Source: an uncultured delta proteobacterium (GTDB lineage: Bacteria > Myxococcota_A > Polyangia > Palsa-1104). From it: a stretch of 64,000 nucleotides of DNA. Below the pieces are notes generated by a model, which saw only the letters and a program-made list of their open reading frames with translations, was not told the origin of the DNA and did no database searches. The stretch spans positions 288,001 to 352,000 of the forward strand of contig CAWAWS010000003.1 of NCBI GenBank assembly GCA_963785725.1. Reading direction: 5' to 3'. Positions 27,616 through 36,943 of this stretch are shown piece by piece. The translations under genes and the position numbers were made by a program. The number at the start of each line of letters is the position of its first letter. The stretch's first letter is position 1.

Positions 27616-29721
27616 TCAGCCGCCGCGCGGCATGCGTACGCAAAACGTCGTGCCCTCCGGCGTCGAGTCGACCGAGATCGTGCCGCCGTGTCCGCGCACG
27701 ATTTGGTCGACGATGTACAAGCCGAGCCCGAGCCCGCGCGACTGCGCCGCCCCGCCGCTGCCCTGCCGAAACGGCTCGAACAGCGTCGGCACCAGCTCGC
27801 GCGGAATCATCGGCCCGCGATTGCTGACGCGCAACACGACGTGATCGTCGCCGACGTCGAGCGCCACGCGCACCGGCGCCGCGCGGTCACCGTGCGCGAT
27901 GGCGTTGGCCACCAAATTCGACACCACTTGCGCCATGCGGCCGGCGTCCCAATGGCCGGCCGCGCACAGCGGCGCCGCGAGCTCGATGACGCAACCGTGG
28001 TGCGCGGCGCGCAAGTCCGCCACCGCCGCCGCCGCAATCTCGCCCAAGTCGCACGGCGCCGGCGTCACCGGCAGCCCGCCCGTTTTGAAGCGGCTCTGCG
28101 CGAAATCGATGAGCGTGCGAATCAGCTCCGTCATTCGCCGCGCCGCCTCCTGGATGTGCTCGACCTGTCCACGCGCCGCGCCCGACAGCGCCGAATCGAG
28201 CAGCATGAGGCCCGTCAAACCGGTCACCGCGCTGAGCGGGTTGCGCAGGTCGTGCCCCAAGATGCCGAGCATTTGGTCGCGGAAGCCGAGCGCGCGCGCC
28301 AACTCCTCCTGCACGCGCTTGGTATCGCTGATGTCGGTGGCGGCGCCGATAGCACCGATGATGTCGCCGCGGTCGTCGCGCAGCGGCTCGATCGACGCCA
28401 AGAGGCAGCGCGTCTCGCCGTCTTTGCGCACGCCGACCTCGCTCGTGACGCCGCGGCCGCTGTCGATCGCCTGCCGCAAGATCGTCGCCAGCGCCGTCGA
28501 CTCTTCGGTGACTTCGTCGATCGTGTGGCCGAGGTCCGGCGTCGGACCGAACGCGATCGGCACCTGCAGCCAACGAAAACGCAGCTCGCGATCGACCTCG
28601 AAGAGCGACACCTGCGAATGCGCCAACGCCACGCGAAAGCGCTCCTCACTCTCGCGCAGCTGCTGGTGCAGGCGCGCATTCTCCAGCGTCTGCGCGGCGC
28701 GGCCGGCGATGGCCTCGGCGATGGCGCGATCGTCGGGACCATATTGCCACGGCGATTCGCCGCTCCACACGAACGTCGCCACCGCGGCCAGCTCGCCGTT
28801 CAAGCGCAGCGGCAACAGCAGACACGATCGCGCCGAGAGCCGCGCCAAGAGCGCCGCCAGCGCCGGATGGTCGCGTAGATCGGCCGCGTTCACCGCGGGC
28901 ACGATGCAGGTGCCGTCGGCGACCAGCCGGCGCAACGACGCCGCCAGCGCCGGCGACTGCGGCGCGCGCAGGAGCTCGTCGGCCAGCGCCGCGTCGGCCG
29001 CATCGCGATGGGCGACGCGCACGCGACCGAGCTGCCCGTCGCCGCCGGCGACCGCGTCGATGAGGCACCAATCGCCGAGCTCGGGAACGGCCATGTGCGC
29101 CAGCGCCGCGTAGACGCCTTCGTGATCGATGGCGTCGGCCAGCCCGGTCAGCTTCGACAGGAGGCGCAGGCGGCTCTCGGCCAATTTACGCTCGTGGACG
29201 TCGCGGCTGGAGACCGCCACCGACTCGATGGCGCCGGCGGCATCGGGCACCGGGCTCATCAGCGTCTCGCGCCAGCGCCAGCTGTCGGGCGTCGGCATCA
29301 GCACCTCGTTCCGCAGCGTCTCACCGGCCGCGACGCGGGCGAAGTTGGCGCGATTGTCGCGCAAGACGTGCGCCGGCAGCTTCAGCTCCGCGATCGTCAG
29401 GCCGAACATCTCTCCCGGCGGTCGATTGGCCAGCTCGCCGAACGACTGCATCACCGCCCGATTGCCGAAGACCAGCTGCGTCGTGTCGAGCGCATAGAGC
29501 GCCACGCGATCGGGCAGCGCGTCGAGCAGCGCCTGTAGCATGCGGTTGCGCTCGCGCAGCGCCACGACCTCCGGCGTCGCCGCGCCCGCGCCCGCCGCCA
29601 CGCCGGCGACGAGCCGATCGACCGCCGCCGCCAAGCGCCGCGCGCCGTCGTCGCCGGCGACGGCGGCGAGCTCGCTCACGAAGCGGCGCTTTGCGTCTTC
29701 GACTGCGGAATCCACGGCCAT
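27616..29721 (-). CDS. Cytoplasmic PAS-GAF-PAS sensor histidine kinase
   Basis: PAS/PAC motifs, AVPELGDWC GAF, GHDLRNPL, NLVANA, GLGLGL. Confidence 0.9.
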   Translation of the reverse strand: MAVDSAVEDAKRRFVSELAAVAGDDGARRLAAAVDRLVAGVAAGAGAATPEVVALRERNRMLQALLDALPDRVALYALDTTQLVFGNRAVMQSFGELANRPPGEMFGLTIAELKLPAHVLRDNRANFARVAAGETLRNEVLMPTPDSWRWRETLMSPVPDAAGAIESVAVSSRDVHERKLAESRLRLLSKLTGLADAIDHEGVYAALAHMAVPELGDWCLIDAVAGGDGQLGRVRVAHRDAADAALADELLRAPQSPALAASLRRLVADGTCIVPAVNAADLRDHPALAALLARLSARSCLLLPLRLNGELAAVATFVWSGESPWQYGPDDRAIAEAIAGRAAQTLENARLHQQLRESEERFRVALAHSQVSLFEVDRELRFRWLQVPIAFGPTPDLGHTIDEVTEESTALATILRQAIDSGRGVTSEVGVRKDGETRCLLASIEPLRDDRGDIIGAIGAATDISDTKRVQEELARALGFRDQMLGILGHDLRNPLSAVTGLTGLMLLDSALSGAARGQVEHIQEAARRMTELIRTLIDFAQSRFKTGGLPVTPAPCDLGEIAAAAVADLRAAHHGCVIELAAPLCAAGHWDAGRMAQVVSNLVANAIAHGDRAAPVRVALDVGDDHVVLRVSNRGPMIPRELVPTLFEPFRQGSGGAAQSRGLGLGLYIVDQIVRGHGGTISVDSTPEGTTFCVRMPRGG

Positions 29722-29823
29722 TGGGCACCTCGTCCGACTCGACACGACACCTGACGGCCGGTCGCACGAAGGATACAACAGCCCGTCCACGCAGCCCATT
29801 CGACGCGCACCACAGGCCGCGGC

Positions 29824-30432
29824 TCAGCGCGCCTTTTTCAGCTCGACGTCGAGCTCGATCGTGACCTCGTCGCCGAGCACGACGCCGCCGGTTTCCAGCG
29901 GCTTGTTCCAGGTGAGCCCGAAGTCCTTCCGATTGATCTTCGCCTGCGCCGTCGCGCCGCGGCGAATGGTGCCGAACGGATCTTTGACCTCGCCCGTAAA
30001 GTCCGCGATCGTGAGCACGACCGGCTTCGTGACGTTCTTGATCGTCAGATTCCCGGTGACGCTCCAGCCATCGCCGCCGCGACGCTCGATCTTGGTCGAA
30101 TCGAACGCGATCGTCGGGAAATGCGCGACGTCGAAGAACAGCGGCGACTTCAGATCGGCGTCGCGCTTGTCATTCTGAGTCGCGATCGAAGCCGCGTCGA
30201 TCTCGAGGTGAACCTTCGATTTCGTGAGGTCGGCGTCGTCGAGCGCCACCGTGCCGGCATATTTGGCGAAGGAGCCGCGCACCGTCGAAATCATCATGTG
30301 GCGCACGGCGAACCCGACGCGGCTGTGGCCGGCGTCGATGTCCCAGTTGCCGGCCGCCGCCGGCGCCGCCGCGCCCAGCAACGACGCGCCTGCGACCGCG
30401 AAAACCAACATTGAACGCAGCGAACGATTCAT
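29824..30432 (-). CDS. YceI-family lipid/polyisoprenoid-binding protein
   Basis: WDIDAGHSRVGFAVRH, RDADLKS..FFD, INRKDFG. Confidence 0.92.
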   Translation of the reverse strand: MNRSLRSMLVFAVAGASLLGAAAPAAAGNWDIDAGHSRVGFAVRHMMISTVRGSFAKYAGTVALDDADLTKSKVHLEIDAASIATQNDKRDADLKSPLFFDVAHFPTIAFDSTKIERRGGDGWSVTGNLTIKNVTKPVVLTIADFTGEVKDPFGTIRRGATAQAKINRKDFGLTWNKPLETGGVVLGDEVTIELDVELKKAR

Positions 30433-30488
30433 GGCAGTAGCTCCTTCGAGAGGTCGACCGTTGGATGCGGAGGACGCCGTTGTCTCCG

Positions 30489-30532
30489 TATGTTGATATC
30501 AACATATTTATATCAACATGTTTATTTGTCAA
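30489..30532 (-). promoter_or_regulatory. YceI promoter with palindromic operator
   Basis: Perfect 18-bp palindrome TATGTTGATATCAACATA, an extra ATGTTGATAT half-site and TTGACA on minus strand. Confidence 0.75.
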
Positions 30533-30644
30533 GCCGTGTGACTCACTTTGTCCGCCGCTCCGTCGCTGACGACCGCGAACGCGACGCGAGATGATCCACA
30601 TCACGCGCAATCTGCCGCTGACGATGTACGCTCCAGTGCAGCCC

Positions 30645-30992
30645 ATGGACGAGCTCCTCGGATGGCTGCCGGTCTTCGTCTTTGCCCAGGTCATCGAGGT
30701 GCCGGTCTACGTCGTGCCGCTGCGCCGCGTGGGCTGGCGCGGCGGCCGGCTCGTCCTCGCGGCGTTCGGCGCCACGGCGCTCACGCACCCGTTTGTGTGG
30801 TTCGTCTTTCCGCGACTGTTGCCGCGATCGTTGTGGCTGATGGCGTTCGTCTCGGAGTCGTTTGCCGTCGTGATTGAGGCCGCCTATTTGCGGCTGCTCG
30901 GCGTACGCCGGCCGCTCGGCTGGTCAGTTCTGTCCAACCTGCTCAGCTTCGTGCTGGGCGCCATCGGCCACTTCACGATTGGGTGGCCTTAG
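30645..30992 (+). CDS. Small integral membrane protein
   Basis: Four hydrophobic segments with polar E, THP, E..E and N residues; start may be 30591-30645. Confidence 0.7.
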   Translation: MDELLGWLPVFVFAQVIEVPVYVVPLRRVGWRGGRLVLAAFGATALTHPFVWFVFPRLLPRSLWLMAFVSESFAVVIEAAYLRLLGVRRPLGWSVLSNLLSFVLGAIGHFTIGWP

Positions 30993-31001
30993 GAGCGCGT
31001 C

Positions 31002-31277
31002 ATGCGACTGGCCTCGATAGCATTGCTGGCACTGACGGCGACGGCCGCCGCGGACCCGATCCCCTTCGAGGAACAGAAGCCGCACGCGCCGAAGTGCGAG
31101 GCGGCCAACGTCCGGCGCGAGGGCGAGCGCTGCGTCGTCTGCAAGCACAAGCCCCGCGACGAGAAGCAATGCGACGCCCAGTTCCAAAACACCGCGTATC
31201 ACTATCGCTGCGATACGAAGGACCAAACCGGCGACGTCACCGAGCTGTGGTGCGGTAAACCCCCGCAGGAAAAGTAG
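31002..31277 (+). CDS. Small secreted Cys-rich protein
   Basis: AGGAG RBS, signal peptide, six Cys. Confidence 0.75.
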   Translation: MRLASIALLALTATAAADPIPFEEQKPHAPKCEAANVRREGERCVVCKHKPRDEKQCDAQFQNTAYHYRCDTKDQTGDVTELWCGKPPQEK

Positions 31278-31365
31278 CCGGACGCCGCCTCGTTGGCGCG
31301 CCTTCACCGTCGACGCGCCGCCCGCCGCCGGCCGAAGCGCGCGCGACGCCGCGAGTCGCCTGCGT

Positions 31366-31836
31366 TCAGCAGCCCGAGCTGCCGGTCGCCTTCGTCCGCT
31401 GAGTGCGCTTGCCGTCGCTGGCTTTGACGGTCGCGGCCACGTCGATGTTTTCGCAGTCGCCCTCGCCGCCCTCGTGCGCGGGCGGGCAAACGCGCGTCAC
31501 GACGTAGTCGATGTCGATGGTGACGCGATCCGCCGTCCAGCGCTCGGCATAGCGCTGGCCGACGCGATCGGCGCGCGTGACCGCGACGCCTCGGCGCGTC
31601 GCCAGCACATCGTGACCGTTGACGTGAACGAGCGCGCGGTCGGGAGCTGCCGCATTAACGGCCAGAATCTTGACCGCGTGACCCGCTGCCGACGCGGGCC
31701 AATGCAGCTCGGCGCCGCATTCGCCGTCGCCCCACGCTTGATCTTGCAGCGCGCCGAGAAGCGGCGGCGCCGCGACCGCGTCGGCCGGGATGAGCAAGAG
31801 AGCGAGCAGCAACACCACTGACGCGCGGGCGAGCAT
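31366..31836 (-). CDS. Secreted hypothetical protein
   Basis: Signal peptide, four Cys, AGGA RBS. Confidence 0.65.
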   Translation of the reverse strand: MLARASVVLLLALLLIPADAVAAPPLLGALQDQAWGDGECGAELHWPASAAGHAVKILAVNAAAPDRALVHVNGHDVLATRRGVAVTRADRVGQRYAERWTADRVTIDIDYVVTRVCPPAHEGGEGDCENIDVAATVKASDGKRTQRTKATGSSGC

Positions 31837-32395
31837 GTTCCTGATACGCGTTTCGAGGGCGAATAGTTCCGACGGCGAAACCGAGGGATCGGCTGCTGCG
31901 CTGCCCGTTGCTTCGCGGGCACCGAATCGGCACTCGACTTCGTTCTTACGCCAAACAAAGCCCTAGAAGTGACGAATGCACTGATCTGTCACTTTCGCGG
32001 GACATTCCTGCGCCTCTCCACATTCGCCAGCAGTTTCGAAGATCGTGCAATGACTCACTTTTGTCGACACAGCGCGTCTGCCGAATCTTCTTTGAAACAT
32101 TTGGCAGCCTGTGTACTTCTTTTTCTATTCGACCAAAGTTCGCTGAGGGGTCATGCCTCATTTAGACGACAGTCGAGCATCGAACGCGCGCCGCAGCCCG
32201 ATTTCGCCCAGCAGCGGCGTGGGCGCGGGCGTCGGTTTCGTCGACTGCCCGCCCGAGGCTTTGACCGCTCGCTGGACTAAGTCCCAAATTCCGCCGCCTC
32301 GCCGCTGCGACCCAGGTTCGATCGAGACGCGCGATTTACGCGGCGTCTTTCATGACTCGCCTACTTCCACCACCGAGCGTCACTGGAGAAAACCC

Positions 32396-35300
32396 ATGAT
32401 CCAAACCGGGCGCTGTACCTCGCGGCTGATCGTCTTGGCCGCGACCCTCGGACTGGCCGCCGTCGGCTGCGGCGGCAGCTCTTCGATCACCAGCTTGGCC
32501 GTCTCGCCGGCGACGGCGACGCTCGGCATCGGGCAGACGCAGCAGCTGACCGTCTTCGGCACGCGCAGCGACGGCTCGGAAGCGTCGGTCACGGGCGCGA
32601 CCTGGACCTCGTCGAACGCCGGCGTCGCGACCGTCAGCAGCACCGGCGCGGTCACCGGCGTCGCCGCCGGCAGCGCCACCATCACGGCCACGTCGGCCGG
32701 ACGCAGCGCCACGGCGAGCATCACCGTCACCGGCGCCGCGCTGAGCACGATCTCGGTCTCGCCGTCGACGATCAGCCTCGCGGTCGGTAAGACGCAGGCG
32801 TTGACCGTGACCGGCACCTACGCCGACGGCTCGACGGCGACCGTGACCTCGAGCGCGACGTTCACGTCGTCGGCGCCGACCATCGCCAGCGTCAGCACGT
32901 CGGGCGGCATCACGGCCGTGGCGCCGGGTGACGCGACCATCACCGCCACCGTGTCTGGGCAGACGGCCACCGTCGCCGTCACCGTCACCGCCAGCACGGC
33001 GACGCTGACGTCGATCGCGGCCACGCCGGCCACGGTCACGCTGGCGCCCGCCGCCACGCAAGCCATCGTCGTCACGGCCACGTACTCGGACGGCTCGATG
33101 TCGCCGGTGACGACGAGCGCGACGTTCATGTCGTCGGACGCCACGAAAGCGACCGTCAGCGCCGCCGGGCTCATCACCGCCGTCGCCGTCGGCACGGCGA
33201 CGATCACCGCGACGTTCTCGGGCAAGACGGCCACCGTCGCCGTCACCGTGAGCGCGGCCACGCCGACGCTGGTCTCGATCGCGGTCACGCCCAATCCGGT
33301 GGCGCTGGCGCCGGCGGCGACCGCGCAGCTCGTCGTCACCGGCACCTTCACGTCGGGCCCGACGCAGAACCTGACGTCGACGGCGACGTTCATGTCGGCC
33401 GGCACCGGCACCGCCACCGTCAGCGCCGCAGGGCTCGTCACCGCCGTCGCCAACGGCAGCACGACCATCACCGCCAGCGTGACGCCGGCGGGCGGCAGCG
33501 CCAAGACCGCCACCACCACCGTCAACGTCGCCACCGCGCCGCTCGGCGGCAAAGTCTTCTACGCCGGCGCCTACGACACGGGCGTCGCCTTCCAGCCCTT
33601 CGGCGGCTCGACGAACGACGTCACCGTCGACGCCACCACGACGCTCAACGCCACCGGCCACGGCTCGCTCAAGGTCAACTTCCCGGCGACGGGCTACACC
33701 GGCGGCGCCTTCGTCGACACCAGCGGCCCGCGCAACTTGACGGCGTTCGACTCGGTGACGTTCTGGGCCAAGGCGAGCGGCGCCATCACCTTCGAGAAGG
33801 TCGGCCTCGGCAACAACGGCGGCTTCTCGGCCAACAACGGCTACGACGTCGAAGAGGACGCGCTCGCGGTGACGACGACGTGGCAGAAGTTCATCGTGCC
33901 CATCCCGCTCGCGGCCAAGCTCACCGCCAACGACGGCCTCTTCCACTTCGCCGACGGCACCAACCACTCGGGCGCCAGCACCGTCACCGTTTGGCTGGCC
34001 GACATTCAGTACGAGGCGCTCGGCTCGGGCGTCATCAGCGCGCCGGTGCCGACGTGGACCAACGCCGGCGTCACGGTGGCCAACGCCGCGACCTATCAGA
34101 TTCAGGCGTCGGACCTGGCGATCGCCTATACCGTCAACTCGGCGCCGCTGACGCTGACGGTGCCCAACCCCAACTACTTTACGTTCACGTCGGACAACGC
34201 GGTGGCCACCGTCAACGCGACCGGGCTCGTGACCGGCGTGAACACGGGCGCCAACGTCGTCGCCAACATCACGGCCGACCTCGGCACCGTCGCCACCAGC
34301 AACAAGCTCGCCGTCACCGTCACCAACGGCATCGTCAGCGCGCCGACGACGCTACCGCCGGTGCCGACGATCGCCGCCGGCGCCAACGTCATCTCGCTCT
34401 ACAGCTCGGTCACGGGCGGCTACGGCGGCACCGCCTCCGACAAGAGCGGCAACGTCGACACCTGGCTGACGTGCTGGAGCGCGGGCACGGGCGGCGATCC
34501 GATCCCCGCCATCACCGTCGGCGCGAGCACGGCCAGCCCGCGCAAGTACGTCTTTACCGCGAGCAACGCTTACAGCGGCGTCGAGGTGCTGGGCAAGACC
34601 GGCGCCACGCAGCCCGGCAGCTGCGGCGGCACCATCACCGGCACCAACGAGCTCGACCTCAGCAGCATGACCGGGCTGCACGTCGACGTCTGGACGCCTG
34701 ACGACAGCAGCAACTTGCAGTTCAAGATCGTCGACGCCGGCACCGACGGCCTGCTCGATGGGCCGGACATCAGCGGCGTGGCGACGCTCACCACCGGCTC
34801 GACGCCGCCGCTCGCCACCGGGCAGTGGCTGTCGTACGATCTGCCGTTCACGACTGCGTTCCCCGGCAACGACTTCGGCAGCAACGCCACCCTCTTGCAC
34901 CACTTCGGCCAGCTGGTCATCGTCGCGCCCAACGGCGGCACCGTCTTCATCGACAACCTCTACTTCTACAACGCCGGCACGGGCGGCGGCGCCGGTGGTG
35001 GCGGCAGCGGCGGCGGCGGCGGCGCTGCCGGCGGCGGCGGCACGGGCGGCGGCGGTGGAACGGCCGGCGGCGGCGGAACTGCCGGCGCCGCACCGACGAC
35101 GCTGGCCGCGGCGCCGACCGCGTTGCCGGCCAACGTCATCTCGCTGTTCAGCTCGACGTACACCGGCGGCACCGCCGGCGGCGACTACAGCGCGCGCGTC
35201 GACTCCTACGCCGCCAGCTGCTTCGGGCCGCCCGGCAACACCGTCGCCGACTACACCATCGCCGGCACGAGCCACGTCGTGAAGGCGTACTCGATTCCGG

Positions 35301-35719
35301 CCGCCTTCGCCGTCGTCGAGACGATCGGCGGCACCGGCGGCACGCCGACGCCGCCCGACTCGCTCATCTGCAACGGCGGCACGCAGACCGGCAGCAACCT
35401 CCTCGACGTCAGCGCCATGACGACGCTGCACTTCGACGTCTGGTCACCGGGCGGCTCGACGAACTTCCAGGTCCACCTCGTCGACGCCGACGCGACGTCG
35501 ACGATCGCCGGCCCCGGCGCCGCGTCGGGCGCGACGGCGGGCACGGATTACGCGACGGGCGCCAACACCATCGCCGCCGGCGCGTGGGTGCCGTTCGACA
35601 TCGCGCTGTCGTCGCTGGGCGCCGGCTCGCCGGCGGGCCTGACGAAGCTCGGGCTCATCAAGTTCTTCACCAGCGACGCCGGCACCTTCTACGTCGACAA
35701 TCTGTACTTCCACAATTAG
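32396..35719 (+). CDS. Large lipoprotein with Ig-like (Big_2) repeats and carbohydrate-binding-like modules
   Basis: Lipobox-like AVGC; four clear Big_2 repeats plus one degenerate; RNLTAFDSVTFWAKAS domain; two ANVISL..LHxDVWxP..DNLYF repeats. Confidence 0.88.
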   Translation: MIQTGRCTSRLIVLAATLGLAAVGCGGSSSITSLAVSPATATLGIGQTQQLTVFGTRSDGSEASVTGATWTSSNAGVATVSSTGAVTGVAAGSATITATSAGRSATASITVTGAALSTISVSPSTISLAVGKTQALTVTGTYADGSTATVTSSATFTSSAPTIASVSTSGGITAVAPGDATITATVSGQTATVAVTVTASTATLTSIAATPATVTLAPAATQAIVVTATYSDGSMSPVTTSATFMSSDATKATVSAAGLITAVAVGTATITATFSGKTATVAVTVSAATPTLVSIAVTPNPVALAPAATAQLVVTGTFTSGPTQNLTSTATFMSAGTGTATVSAAGLVTAVANGSTTITASVTPAGGSAKTATTTVNVATAPLGGKVFYAGAYDTGVAFQPFGGSTNDVTVDATTTLNATGHGSLKVNFPATGYTGGAFVDTSGPRNLTAFDSVTFWAKASGAITFEKVGLGNNGGFSANNGYDVEEDALAVTTTWQKFIVPIPLAAKLTANDGLFHFADGTNHSGASTVTVWLADIQYEALGSGVISAPVPTWTNAGVTVANAATYQIQASDLAIAYTVNSAPLTLTVPNPNYFTFTSDNAVATVNATGLVTGVNTGANVVANITADLGTVATSNKLAVTVTNGIVSAPTTLPPVPTIAAGANVISLYSSVTGGYGGTASDKSGNVDTWLTCWSAGTGGDPIPAITVGASTASPRKYVFTASNAYSGVEVLGKTGATQPGSCGGTITGTNELDLSSMTGLHVDVWTPDDSSNLQFKIVDAGTDGLLDGPDISGVATLTTGSTPPLATGQWLSYDLPFTTAFPGNDFGSNATLLHHFGQLVIVAPNGGTVFIDNLYFYNAGTGGGAGGGGSGGGGGAAGGGGTGGGGGTAGGGGTAGAAPTTLAAAPTALPANVISLFSSTYTGGTAGGDYSARVDSYAASCFGPPGNTVADYTIAGTSHVVKAYSIPAAFAVVETIGGTGGTPTPPDSLICNGGTQTGSNLLDVSAMTTLHFDVWSPGGSTNFQVHLVDADATSTIAGPGAASGATAGTDYATGANTIAAGAWVPFDIALSSLGAGSPAGLTKLGLIKFFTSDAGTFYVDNLYFHN

Positions 35720-36166
35720 TCGACCCGCGCCACGCCCCTTCGCCGTTACCGCCTCATCGTCCTAGCCACGCGCGCGTTCACGGGCAGGGCCAGCTCGGCA
35801 ACAAGCGGCCGAACGTCTCGGCGTGGTTGAAGCGCACGGGCGACGTGCCGATGATCGTGTCCTGGCGCGTCCCGGCGAGCGAGTCGCTGTCGGCCACCGT
35901 GACGGCGCCGCTCGTCAGCCACTCGCGTAATGGGCCTTTGCGGAACGAGCTGGGCCTCGCCGATCGTGCCGCGATCGGCGAGCCAGGCGCGATGGCCATC
36001 GTCGCGGTCGACGATATCGATCGGAATGCCGCGAAATGAAGTACCGCGATCACAACAGCCGGCGCGGCCAAGTGATTCCCTCGTGGAGATCCGCTGGCGC
36101 CGGCGGCGCGCTGAATTACGCATCGAGCACGCGGTCGCGGGACGGCGACCGCAAACGGGGGCGCGC

Positions 36167-36943
36167 ATGAGCAGCGTGGCGAAGCGGGCCGGCGATCGGC
36201 CGGCGACAACGGCGCACGACGACGCGGTCGTGTTCGATCGCGTGACGTTTTCCTACGGCGGCGCCGCCGCGGCGCTCGACGGCGTCGACCTGCGCGTGCC
36301 GCGCGGCGTGCTCTTCGCGCTCATCGGGCCCAACGGCGCCGGCAAGAGCACGGCGCTCAACCTCATCACGACGCTGCTCGAGCCCGGCCAAGGCCACGTC
36401 CGCGTGTGCGGCCACGACAGCGTGCAGCAGCCCGACGCCGTGCGCCGCGTGCTCGGCTACGCGCCCGAGGAGTCGCTGCTCTTCAGCGGGCTGACGGCGC
36501 GCGAATTCGTCGCGCTGTCGGCGACGCTGCACGGCCTCGACGTGCGCACCGCCGCCGACGCGACGGCGCAGCTGCTCGGCGACTTCGGCCTCGGCGAGCG
36601 CGCCGACGACATGCTGGCGTCGTTCTCGAAGGGCATGCGGCGCAAGACGGTGCTGGCGGCGGCGCTGGTGCACGATCCCGAGCTATTGGTGCTCGACGAG
36701 CCGATGGAGGGCCTCGACGTCATCGCGCAGCAGACGCTGAAGGAGCTCTTGCGCCGGCGGGTCGCGCGCGGCCGCTCGGTGCTTTATTCGACGCACATCA
36801 TAGAGATCATCGAAGCGCTGTGCTCGCACGTGGCGGTGCTGCGGCAGGGTCGCGTGCTCGCTGAAGGCGCCATCGCCGACGCCCGCGCCGCGCTCGGCGT
36901 CGCGCGACTGGAGGACGTCTTCCGCCTGCCGGCCGCGCCATGA
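36167..36943 (+). CDS. ABC transporter ATP-binding protein (exporter type)
   Basis: GPNGAGKS, FSKGM, LVLDEP, STH. Confidence 0.92.
   Translation: MSSVAKRAGDRPATTAHDDAVVFDRVTFSYGGAAAALDGVDLRVPRGVLFALIGPNGAGKSTALNLITTLLEPGQGHVRVCGHDSVQQPDAVRRVLGYAPEESLLFSGLTAREFVALSATLHGLDVRTAADATAQLLGDFGLGERADDMLASFSKGMRRKTVLAAALVHDPELLVLDEPMEGLDVIAQQTLKELLRRRVARGRSVLYSTHIIEIIEALCSHVAVLRQGRVLAEGAIADARAALGVARLEDVFRLPAAP

Noticed and set aside
35778..35999. Short minus-strand ORF MAIAPGSP..RLLPSWPCP
   Set aside because: Some coding-like bias but no RBS or recognisable motif; cannot be supported
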